Of a stretch of 64,000 nucleotides of DNA, positions 1 through 11,700 are shown one piece after another (positions within the stretch are counted from its first letter, which is position 1; the number at the start of each line of letters is the position of its first letter). The notes under the pieces are model-generated. The model was not told where the DNA came from, did no database searches, and worked only from the letters and a program-made list of their open reading frames with translations. Position numbers and translations under genes: made by a program. The stretch covers positions 26,756,912-26,820,911 of the forward strand of contig NC_092675.1 of assembly GCF_964355755.1 (NCBI RefSeq). The letters are read 5' to 3'. Source of the stretch: Antedon mediterranea (lineage: Eukaryota > Animalia > Echinodermata).

Positions 1-1514
1 TTGACAAAAAGAAAATAATCCGAAAAACTTAGTTCCGCCAAGTTTATAGAATCAACATATGAAAGGAATCCTGAGTCTATTGAAACTTATAGTATTATAA
101 CAAAATCAAGATGAAGCACTTCATTTTTAGCTGTCTGGTTTTACCAGAGTACAATAATGAAACGAATTTTGAACTTTATGACCGGCCACCGATAGACCTA
201 ATTTGTTTAAATGTTGCTGTTGGATATGCCATTTTAATGTCACATTTATGGTTATTCACAGCTTTGACCAACAATTGAATCTAAAAAAAATATTCACATG
301 ACAAATTTATTTGAAACAAAATATAATCAAATTGATAATGGTTTTTGGTTAATAAATCATAATTTTTTTTTGTTTTTTTTTTCCTACGGAAGTAAATAGC
401 TGCTTAATAACTTTTCCAAATAGCCTATTCAACGTCTGATTTCATTAGGCCTAATCTTAATTTATTATGTTTTGGGGGACAATAGGCCTAAATCTTTAAC
501 GACTAGACCCGTGAAATATAGAAAGGAGTAGAAAGATGGATACTTTCTAAAAAATCAATAATTTTGTCAAGAAACAGGTCACATACTTTAAAAAAGCAGT
601 ACTGAATGTTTGTCCGTATTTTCCCATAAGACTGGGGTAAAATGTGGTGTGTTCTATCATGCCCCGTCACATAATAATATAATATCGATCTTAGGCCTAC
701 TCAAGACTTGCGATGCATTTAGAAATACCAGATTGAATGAGACAAGGTTATATTTACACTTTTTAAAAAATAATGTGAATATTTATCCGCCCGATATCAA
801 ATTATTTCATTTTATGTATGTATGTAGGAATTATGTGCACTCAACCGCGCTGATTTTTAGATAACGCAACAACAGCGTGCGTTATGCTTTTTGCAGTTAA
901 GTTTGGTTAGCTGTGACGATCTATCGACGGCGCACACGCACTCGGTCTCACGCACCGTAGCCTAATTCGAAACTTCATAAGTATAAAATTAGAAGACATT
1001 TTGTTAATGTTATAAATTAAGATTAAAATTATACATTTATTAAAGATATATTGTCTCCCCCCCCCCCCCCAAATTTGAAAACTTGAAAATTAATAAAATC
1101 AGATTTTAATTAACGGTTAAATAACCAAAACCCATTGGCTGGCAGCCAATTTGACTATTTCTTGCTTTTTTTCAGCTAAATAATTTTTTTTCTGATCCAA
1201 TTTTTGGTCAAGTGAATAACTATTACATTAACATTTTCAACAATTTTACAATTATTTTTCAGGGGGACAATACATCTCGAGGGATCTTATATTATGTCAC
1301 AACATTTTTATTACGTCGCATCATGACAAAAAACAGGAGACATGGATTTTAAATGTGTTTACTGTACTGCGGTATTGTTCAAAGTACAATACTAAAGCTA
1401 TTGTTGAAAATACGAAATGGAATGTCCTTTTATGGTAGTAGTTGCTGACGTGTTTCCCTGTGTTTTCTTTTGTGTGTGCGCAACAAACAACGACGACAAT
1501 TACAGACTAGAAAC

Positions 1515-1755
1515 ATGATGGCCGCCGATCAAGAACTGATGCATAGAGTGAAACAAGAAATGGAAACTGACACAAATGGAGTTGCGATTCCAGAGGAAAG
1601 GGGGACTGTTATTTGGAACTATGTCTTGACAAACAGATTAATTGAGTTATGGCAAGAACAACCGTTTCTGTACGACATTAATAACGTATATTACAAAGAC
1701 AAAATTGTGAAAGCAAACGCTTTAGAAGATATAGCAAACAAAATGGGAATCACTG
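1515..1755 (+). CDS. MADF/BESS-type (Adf-1-like Myb/SANT) transcription factor, exon 1
   Basis: ATG at 1515; WNYVLTNRLIELWQEQPFLYDINNVYYKDKIVKANALEDIANKMG is a MADF N-terminal signature; phase-1 donor G|GTAGGT at 1756. Confidence 0.85.
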
Positions 1756-2246
1756 GTAGGTATGCTAAGCCTAGTAGGTTGGTCACTACTTAGTGTGTTT
1801 CCTATCGCACTACCGTTTGTTGACAGTATAATCGCTCCGTTTACGGCTAGCATAAATCATCGTAGCCTAAGTCTAGACTTAGGCCTAAGCACATAAGGAA
1901 CGCACATAAAAGCGTTTAAGAAGGCCTTAGGTAACTTGATTGAATTATTCAATTGATCGAGTTTGTAAAATATGATCTTATTGTATGATTAACCACTCAA
2001 ATCATTGCTTAAATGGCGTATCACTTTTTTTAAATTGTGTGTGACAAAAAAAAAAGGCCTAGTCTTAGAATCGTACTAAAAGTGGGTGTGGCCAGCTGTG
2101 AATTGAGGTGACCGTACTTTATATTTTGTAAAGTAATTTTTTGGAAATACCTATCATCCCACTTTGGTTTCCATCTTGAAATCATGAATTGTATTTATTA
2201 TTATTTATTTACACAGTATTTGAAAGAATGTCTTTCTTATTTTCAG

Positions 2247-2413
2247 TGGAAGATGTCAAAGCAAAGATCAAAGGTGTACGGAGCCAATTTGTACGTGAAA
2301 AAAAGCGTCTTCGAGATTGTACTGAAGATGATCCTAAACCAAAATGGCCCCACTATTCAAAATTGACATTCTTAGAGAACTTTATTTCTGCTAAACCAGG
2401 TACTACTAATAAG
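2247..2413 (+). CDS. MADF/BESS-type transcription factor, exon 2
   Basis: tttcag acceptor; VEDVKAKIKGVRSQFVREKKR...PKWPHYSKLTFL completes the MADF domain; AAG|GTATGA donor; phases match exons 1 and 3. Confidence 0.85.
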
Positions 2414-2764
2414 GTATGATAATCATTCATGAAGAATTTTTATTTCTTTTATATTAATTACAGAATTATGCAAGTTACCATTTGTTCCTCATAGACCTTG
2501 AAATCTCTTTCCCACCCTAGAACAAAACAAAAACACACAGAAATACTAAACAAAAATCATCCTGCAAAGATTCAAGATATATTTTCCCCCTGAAAAATAT
2601 TTGAATATGCCAAAAAATTGTCATATTGGCTGGAATTAATTTTTAAGTTTTTGGGGGACATCTTTAAAACTGAGTTGTAAAGTTTAGTATTTTTATCTAC
2701 AAATAGGCATAGAAAAACTCTAAACCAATGATATACTGGAAATTAAATGATTAACGAATGGTGA

Positions 2765-2848
2765 AAAAAGTTGTCCTAATCGAGATTCAAACACGGAATC
2801 CTCTGCTTGATATACTGACATCCTACCATTAGACCACTGACTGGGGCT
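2765..2848 (-). pseudogene. tRNA-like sequence (tRNA pseudogene or SINE head)
   Basis: Minus strand has A-box TGGTCTAATGG, degenerate B-box GTTTGAATC and a T6 run; acceptor stem poorly paired. Confidence 0.45.
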
Positions 2849-2891
2849 GCCGTTCATAATAATAATATATAAATTTTCTTTATAATTTCAG

Positions 2892-3569
2892 AAAGATCAT
2901 AATGAAGAAGATAAAGAATGGATGGAATATGAAGATGCACCACACGACTATTTTGGTAATAAGGAATACCAAACACAACCACAGCCAGTAGTCGAACAAT
3001 ATGTAGAACCTCAACCTCTACCACAAACTCCACCACCACCACCACCACCACCACAACCACAACCAGTTGCTTCACAATTACCTTATTCAAACTCGCCAAG
3101 ACTTTCAAAACGACCCAAGAGAAAAACAAATGAAAGTGCTATTGTACGACGATATCTGTCCATGATTGATAAAGTTAATAGGCCGAGTAACAACAATGTG
3201 AATGGTAATTGTAATAACCAGGAAATTGCTACTAAAACAGACGATGATGATGAAATATTTGCTAAGTACATCGCGACGGAGCTACGAACAATTCCAGATC
3301 CCCATGTGAAACGGTCTGTGAAACTGCAGATACATCAGGCAATCTTTAAGGCACATTCCATAACAAGCATACCTCAAACCAGCTCGCAACCAAGCCATCC
3401 AAAAAGACGTAAGAATTATGCGACTGCGAATCACAGTGATGGGCAACATGGAAACTATTATCCAATGAACGATGAGGATTTAGCTTCAACGTCGTTTTCC
3501 GTTCCGTCTTTATTCACAGATAGAGTGAGTCCAAATGTTCATATGTCCATGGGAAATGGAGAAGTTTGA
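2892..3569 (+). CDS. MADF/BESS-type transcription factor, exon 3 (Pro-rich linker and BESS-like motif)
   Basis: tttcag acceptor at 2891, in frame with ORF 2922..3569; DDDEIFAKYIATELRTIPDPHVKRSVKLQIHQAIF resembles a BESS motif; TGA at 3567-3569. Confidence 0.85.
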   Translation, partial: KDHNEEDKEWMEYEDAPHDYFGNKEYQTQPQPVVEQYVEPQPLPQTPPPPPPPPQPQPVASQLPYSNSPRLSKRPKRKTNESAIVRRYLSMIDKVNRPSNNNVNGNCNNQEIATKTDDDDEIFAKYIATELRTIPDPHVKRSVKLQIHQAIFKAHSITSIPQTSSQPSHPKRRKNYATANHSDGQHGNYYPMNDEDLASTSFSVPSLFTDRVSPNVHMSMGNGEV

Positions 3570-5682
3570 ATAATTTTAATTATAGAGTTTAAATTTTCTT
3601 TAGCACATTTTTAAATTTGAATCTGCCATAACATGAATCTGCCAAACATTTAACAAAAAACTTCAATGTTTTAACAATTTTATGGAGATAAAATTGCTTG
3701 CTCACATTGTATTATTTTCCTGTGAAACGAATGAGCGGCAATATGTATGTTTAACACTAGACCCAAGGTATTTGTACGGATGAAAGGTAAAGGTACCTAA
3801 ACATGTTGAGATTATGCACCTTGCAATACAAAGAATTGCAATATTTATCATCTTTAAAGGGCATACAGTACAACCCTGTATGGAAAGTATAATGGAAAAT
3901 AAGCTTAGTACTTTACGCAGACAATTTTATACAATAGCATATAGCTGATCTTTTAATTTTGATAAACTTATTTGAACACAATTTAGTTGTAATTGTTATC
4001 CCTTTTAAATTGCTTAATATACATGCTTTGTATAATTGTTCAATATGTGGCCTTTTAAAATGTCTATTCAGTATGCTGCAACTATATTTCATGTGTATGT
4101 ACTAAATTTTACTGTCTCTAGTGCAATGAACAGTTACAGTAAGGTTTATTCAATTATTTGTCAATTAAAACATTATTGACCAAAAAAATACATTTTGTAT
4201 TGTTAATATAAACAAATTTTATTGAACACTTTTTATAGTAAAATTTTATACCATAACATAAAAAAAAAATCAATTTAGAGATAATTCACAAATATGAATG
4301 AGAAAAAGAAATGTTGGAAATACAGTTTTAATGTAAAAAATGTTTTTTAAATTATTTTTTTTCAAGTTTAAAAAAAACTTCTAAATTCCTAGCAGCTACA
4401 TATTGAATATTATTGATAGATGTTGATTGACTTTAGTTGGACATTTTTTAAGATGCTATCAATATATAATATTGATTCAATATTATATTACTTTTTTTTA
4501 AAATTGCATTCCTGTTTTCAAAATTATAAAAGTAATATTTTAAACAATATTTGTCAAATTTTAATTACATTAAAAGAAACGATTTATGAACAAAGGGAAT
4601 ACTATAGTAAACTAAATATATTTGGTTGTATCAAAATGATGAAAAAAAAAACATTTTGAAAAATGTTATGCAATATTAAATGAAAAAAAAGAGATTATAA
4701 AAAAGCCTGTACTATTACTGAATACTTCAGTAATGGTAAGTTTAATTTATAGTTGGTGAAAAATTTGGTTTTTAAAAAAGAACAAGTCTGATATTAACAA
4801 GGTCAAGTAAAATAATTATACTTGGGAGAGAATTTGAAATCTAACCATTTTGCTATACAGTACATAGAAAGTACATCTTCACTGTACACAATTTGTTTCA
4901 TACATTATTTGTATGGTTTGTTTTTAAGTTGTAACATACTCTTTTTATGCATTGTCTTTCTAACTGCAATTGTGGAATTCCAAAAAAAATGTATATATGC
5001 TACTTATTTATTTTGAATAAAAGGAAAATTCATTTGATTGAGTTTAATGTGTATGTTCATAAGAACACCCATTTGCATATGGTGCCTCTTTCAAGACACT
5101 ACTATGGTACTTGGCTGAGCAGTTCTTCAAACTGTGTTGGAAAGTTACATTCATAATTCAACAGAACAAGTAACAAAAGGTCTGGGTCTGCTTTTGCTCC
5201 AAAAAAATATGAAGTGCCAACAGAGTTAAGAGGAGTTGAAATCAATACGATACTGTATGTTCATGGAGCTATGCTCCATGGTATGTTCAACTATAAAAGT
5301 ATAAAGAAATAATGTTTTCAGTTTTGGTAAAGTTGTGATTAGGTTAGAACTAAAGTCTGATCAACTTGTTGAGCAACTGAACGCACTCATAGTACCATGT
5401 TTCGAATTAATACAGTATTAGCAAAAAGATAAATATTTTGGCAGATATGGCGTTTCATACATATAAATTGAGCACACAATAATCGCAAAAAAAATCGAAA
5501 TGCTGAAGTGTGGACTAACATAAAAAAAGACAATAAATACAGACTTGGGGAAAAGTAAAAGTGCATTTAGTTGTTCAAAAGTTGGAATGATTACTCTTGC
5601 ACAACTACTGTAAATACTGTACTTTCAGTTATGTTATGTTAAGTTATGTATCAACCTAATAAAACACAGTTGATTTGTACTT

Positions 5683-5845
5683 TAAGCTTGGTTCCCACTT
5701 GGACACAACGTAAGGACGTAGACGCAAAGCAAGCGAGTTGACCAATGACAAGCAACTGTTCGAATAATTCATCGCTTGTCATTGGTCAAATCACTTATGT
5801 TGCGTTACGTTGTTACGTTGCGTCTCTAGTGGGAACTAAGCTTTA
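5683..5845. mobile_element. Palindromic MITE family A (Harbinger-like); other copies ~12330-12461, ~14630-14780, ~49100-49212, 49436-49620
   Basis: TIR aagcttggttcccact / agtgggaactaagctt with internal gaccaatgacaagc / gcttgtcattggtc; five related copies in the window. Confidence 0.75.
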
Positions 5846-6137
5846 TACTAAGCTCTATACACCAAGAACACTATTAACACAAGAACAGACGTATGCATTA
5901 AAATATAAATATTTATTTCCATCATATTTTTTAACATGTTTCAGAAATAGTTTTTGTCGATTTTCTTAAACAAAGAATGTTGCCCTCAGCAAATTTTCAA
6001 TGGGATTGAAGTTAATCTTAAATTTATACCAATTTGAATCGAGGAAGGTTGAAGAAAGAAGTGAAGTTTATAGAGTCTTAAATATAAAACCTTTAAAGTC
6101 TATTCAACATAAGTAAACTTTTATTTTGGAGTATTAA

Positions 6138-6398
6138 CCCTTTGAAGACATGGCCCTTATTCCGTAGTGTCCCAAGACATCACAGGTTGACTTTTTGGGG
6201 TCACTGAATTACAGTTTTTGAGCATTTGAACTAGATCAAACAAAAAAAAAACAATTTTTTGGAAGGCCAAATCATTTCATATAACAATAAAACCAATTGC
6301 AGAAAGTTAGTCATAAAAATGTTATTTGCATTTTTCCTAAACTATTAAAAATACCTTATTTAGCCTCAGTCACATGGGGTAGAAACTTCTTCAAAGGG
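6138..6398. mobile_element. piggyBac-like MITE remnant
   Basis: ttaa|ccctttgaaga ... tcttcaaaggg|tt inverted termini; right TTAA degenerate. Confidence 0.45.
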
Positions 6399-7727
6399 TT
6401 GGAGTTTATTAAGAGAGTTAGTGCAGTGCAGAAAAGCTGATAAATTCTAGACAATTTCAAAAAAAATAGTTTGCAGAAGTTAGGCCATGAACCTTCTTTC
6501 TTTACCTAAAACTAATTTGATTTTTCAGCGAATCAAATAACAGTATTTTAGTCATGTGATCCTGCAGATAGAGCCTTAAAAAACTTGTGGAGACTACAAA
6601 CTTTTCCAATGTGTGATAAATTCAATGTTTGCAAACAAAAGTTTGGAAAAGTTTGTTAGTGTAGACTAGGTTAATAAAGGAATATGAAAACATGTTATCT
6701 CCATGGTTTAGAGAAATAATTATATATTTTTGGGATGAACAGAGAGTAGGTCAAAGTTAATCTGTAATTTTTAATTAAAAGAATTAAATTATACATATTC
6801 CTAAATAAAATATTTCTGGTAATGAAACAGATTACACAGTAAAGTAAAAATTATATGGGAAGATTCACACACTTTATAATGAAAAATAATAATTATTTCA
6901 ATTTATTGTCTATTAAACAAAATGTATTTTATATTAGTATGTGTTACTATAATGGACAAATAAATAGAAACTTTATGTTTATATAAAAAGTCTATACATA
7001 CATACAATACTCGGATGGATGTTGATATAAAGAAAAAATACTATTAACTAGCTCTTGTAAGCCTGGTCTGATTCTAAACATACCTGTATACAGTAAACTG
7101 TATATCCTCTTCACATCAACACCTCCAATACCTTGGCAACTTGCCAGTTGTAATTATAAAAAATCCAACACACACACACACACCCCCACTGTATCTCTAC
7201 ATATGACAATATTGATCCAGTACTGTAGGCAAATTCCATAATACAGGATCATATATTACCTGTATCATGGGGAAGGTTAGGTAAGTTTGGGTGAATGATA
7301 CAGGCATCACATGTGAAACAGATACTGTGTGATCATTGCCTATCCCTGGACAAATTTAGATACAGTACCGATCATCAATTGTCATCACACGCCATCTCAC
7401 TAACTATTCTCTCTCACTCAACAAAAAATGTAATATTAATCTCTCATCCATACTTCTATATAATAACTTATTTACATAATAATATTTTGTATTTACAAAG
7501 CCTGAGAGTATTAAAACATTATATAAACAGAACTAACTAAATCTGCATGGCAATCATCAAATAAATATTAATATTTATAATTATTGATCGCCTTTCACAA
7601 AGAACAATAACAAATGTTTACATACCAAGAATCTGAATTAATATTGTTTTTATCAGGTATAAACCAGCACTGTGTGATATCAAGATGATGAAGTTATAAG
7701 ATAGACTTAAACAAAGGTAATATAATG

Positions 7728-7997
7728 TGTTAATTAGGACACAGTATAACATGATCACAATGGTTCTGCATAACATAGCTCACAACAGATACACTCCCAA
7801 CAATAAATGAACTTGTTTCGACAATGAAGCCTCTGTGGTCTAATGGTTATGCTGCTCGCTTTGTTATCGATAGGTTGGTGGTCCAAATCCTGCCAAAGAC
7901 ATTTTATCGCACAATCAATTTATGGGACTATATCCGTTGTGAGCTATGCTAAGTGGTACCATTGTAACTATATTAACATATGTTGTCCCAGTTAAGC
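7728..7997. mobile_element. Palindromic element with ~80-bp imperfect inverted arms around a tRNA-like core (7829-7901, +)
   Basis: Arms share catagctcacaac / gttgtgagctatg and ttaattaggaca / tgtcccagttaa; core has A-box TGGTCTAATGG, B-box-like GGTCCAAATCC and TTTT. Confidence 0.6.
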
Positions 7998-8596
7998 ACT
8001 GTATTATGTTTGACATACCTGGGACATACCTATTCTCCCCGAATTCATGGTACCATTAAATAAGAATAAAACAAACTGAATACAGTCTTACAAGAATACA
8101 AACACAGATCAACAAACATGTTATCTTTCACATGGATTTCTAATAAAAATCTCTCATGATTGTAATGCAGAAAAAGTTTATCAAATTATCTTGTAACTTT
8201 AACTATGCTTCTTTGCCATCAATGTGTAGGGCTGCGATCTAATTTTTGTCTGTAGGTGCTGCATGACATACTCTTTGGTTTTCCAATGTACTTTTAAGTC
8301 AACTATATGCTAGATGTAAATAGCCTAGCACTGCAAGAAGAGTACCTCTCAGCTAGGCTTCTCAAGATTGGCAGACATCCAGATAACTAGTAGGATGAGT
8401 GATCTGATCCTGTAGTACGATGTATGATGATCACATGATCTGGACCTCTAGCAATGAGCTAAGATGAGACAAAATGTATCTTCTTAAATCCTTCAGATAC
8501 TACATTAGCAATATGCTAAGAATACAGTACATGACCTTTGACTCTTTAGCATCTCTAATACATTGGCCAGTGTCTGTTGAATTCAAATTATCAGTT

Positions 8597-8755
8597 TTAA
8601 CTGTCCATGAATTCCAATGTTTCATTTAGTACCCTGAGAAGCCATAAACATAAAGCCAGCTTGTGTGTTAGAGTAAGACTCCATTGTGTGTGAGCTGACA
8701 CCTGGAATTTTCACCTTTACACCTGTGATTCCTGGCATGCTTTTGGTATTTGTTA
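8597..8755 (-). CDS. FAM149B1: FAM149 terminal coding exon
   Basis: tttcag acceptor, phase 1; (V)TNTKSMPGITGVKVKIPG...EFMDS* with TAA at 8599-8597. Confidence 0.7.
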
Positions 8756-11700
8756 CTGAAATGAAATTGAAACATTAAATAAAATTATTCATCTAATTCA
8801 GTATAAGTTGTTATGTCTTTTGTCTAATTAGACATTACAGCTTTTGGTAGCCAATTCTCGGTATTGTATCTATAATTTATACAGTGTCATAAACAAATTC
8901 TGTGATAAAGTGTCACATATGTACCACATGTGACGCCTGTATCATAGACCATAGTAGCTTAATATGAAATAATGATATACATGTGACGCCTATATCATAG
9001 GCCATATTAACTTATTATGAAATAATATACATGTGGTACATATGTAATACTGTATTACAGAATTTTCATATGATACTATAATATAGTATAACCAAAGAAC
9101 TTATAACACAAGAATCTCCTGTTCGTCCGAAGCGCGTAACAATTTCGAAAGGCATTGTGGGATAGAATAGAGCTATGGGTGGCGCCATTGTGAGCCATGG
9201 AGTAGGGCGCCCGCATCAAATTAGAAAGTCAAAATCATAGAGGGGATCTGCTAATGCTCTAGGGGGATAGAATAATTGACTGAGGAGTAGGGCGCCCGCA
9301 TCAAATTAGAAAGTCAAAATCATAGAGGGGATCTGCTAATACTCTAGGGGGGGGGGGGGGGGTAGAGTAATTGACTTCCTAGTTTGGAGGGGGCGCTGCT
9401 CCATGCTGTGAAATGGCGTCGCCCAGTTTGACCTTTTAACCCTGTACTTCCGATACTGTGTTTTGAATGCAAATTGAAGAACAGGAGATTCTTGCGTTAT
9501 AAGTTCTTTGGTATAACTGGGTGTTTATGGGGTGTTCCGTTTAGGAATTTAAATTCATTACTGGACCTTAAGCACAAAAACAAGCATGGTTTAGAAATGA
9601 AGTTTTTGAAAAAAATGATGTTTACCTGGTTGTACTGGAGGAATTTGCTTAAATAAACTTAACCCATTAGGTGTTGACAACCTTCTCAATACAGGTGTGT
9701 CAGTCTGCAAGAAAAGAAACAAACAAACATAAATTTAGATGATGGTAAAAGTAATTTACTAATGGGGAACAATGTTCACTATACATATAAGATGGGAAGT
9801 GGGCAGTTGTGGTATCTTATTTTTCTTAATAATTGTTATGTTTGTTTGTGAGTTATGTACTGGGCCCTGTGGGAGAACATTCTCTATATTGAAGAGCCTA
9901 CCCAGTATAAGAAATAACTAAAAATAATACTAAAACTGTCATTTTCACACACACTGTTACACATACATCATCCAATTGAGTTTTTATCACCAGAGGGGAC
10001 TACAAATCAAATCATTTTGTCAACTGGAATATTCACTCTTTTATATCATTGTACTGATCACAAATGTCGACAAAATTTGAAATAATAAATCACATTTCAA
10101 TAGAAAAATGTTAGAGATAAGATTTATTACCCTAAATGTGTGAGTAGTGTTTGGCCTACTTGACTCCCAAACAAACTGACTTGCTAACTTCTCTTTCGTC
10201 CGTCGATTCTGATCATCTTGCATGTGGACAGCACTGGATATTCGACCTCTTGACCTTTGTGGCTGCATAAGAAATTAATGAATCAGTTATTAACCTTTCG
10301 CTAATAATGACTCAAGCTGGGTATACAGTATGTTAGAGGTGTGTGGCACATGTGAATTGTTGAAAATAACTGATTTAGGCAGTTTACAAGCAAACTTACA
10401 AATCCTCCCTGTCTGCTGCCACCATTTTCTTTTTGTGCAGATACTTCGTTTTGTATTGGTGGCAGCATAGCATTGCGGCTCCAAGGACCTGACGGAGACG
10501 GAATCCTCTGGGGAGGAGAACCTAGACGTTCTGCGGCATTAGGATTATTTCTGAAAGAAAGATCAAAAATATTACATTAAATTCATTAATTTGTGATTCT
10601 GGATACCTGTACAAAGTTGGTAACGTTTTTTATTGACGATATTTTTTAGAAATAAGATTCTCGACGTACGTAGCTAAAGTTGTTCATAATGCTTGCACAC
10701 ATGCAGATAGACTTGTTTTCAAAGTGGGCTAAGCTTGCCCTTTTGCATGTTGGGAAATAGCGTTAATGTTTACATGAAAACTCTCTATTATGAATTAAAA
10801 CATGTTTGATTACTTACAGTCTTTTTCCTTGTACATAGTCCTCCATTTGAAGTTGCGAGGACTGCAGCCTCTGAGAGTCAATTGGTTTTAACCTAGAATT
10901 ACCCCTGAGCCTAGCAGACGGTGATCTTAAATGGCTGCTAGCCATTGGCCGATGAACTCCTGATAATGGACGGTGATAAGGAAGAGGAAGATCATCCCTG
11001 AAAAGGATAAAGTAAAGTTTCTTCACACTAATATTTTACGAAACACTTTGGCAAAATAAAAGAGGCAACCAAACATTGTTTGTTAACTTACGTTAATACT
11101 GATTGAGGGCGGTCTCTTCCATCAATGGCACGTTGGTGAATTACTTTAGCATTGATTGTCATAAGGCCATCGAGACCGGTCATCATGCCGAACCCACTAG
11201 CCATTCCAAACGAGGGCGTACCAGCTCTTGTCTAACAAAAAAGAAAAGATATATGATGTTAATAATAATTGTTCAATAAAGATTAAAAACATTTTTATGC
11301 ATTCGTTTTCTGTGAAATAAAATATAAAAATATTGAAGGTTTATTTGAGTTCTTTGTTATTTGCAATTACTTTAACAGACACTGTTTGCTCTAATTTCTA
11401 TTTTCTTGGAAAAGTACATACATTGCATTAAAATGAGATGTTTTTAATATTGTATAATAATTTTCATTGTGTTCAATTCAGCATAATGTATACATCTATC
11501 AGGCTTAATTAGATTTAACATGAAAAGTATATACAATGTATGAACAAAGGTTTAGAATGTATGTTATTTGTCTCTACAGTAAACGAACATACTGTAGGGA
11601 TCACACTAAAATATAACTATATCGTGTGAATTACAAATATTTAAACAAGCATTTCATTAATATTAATTTATGCACAATATAATTGTTTGACTTTACATAA

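Noticed and set aside
2854-3271. Minus-strand poly-Val and Leu-rich ORFs
   Set aside because: Antisense shadows of the Pro-rich MADF exon 3
7829-7901. Functional tRNA genes (also 2765-2848)
   Set aside because: Mismatched acceptor and anticodon stems and degenerate T-loop
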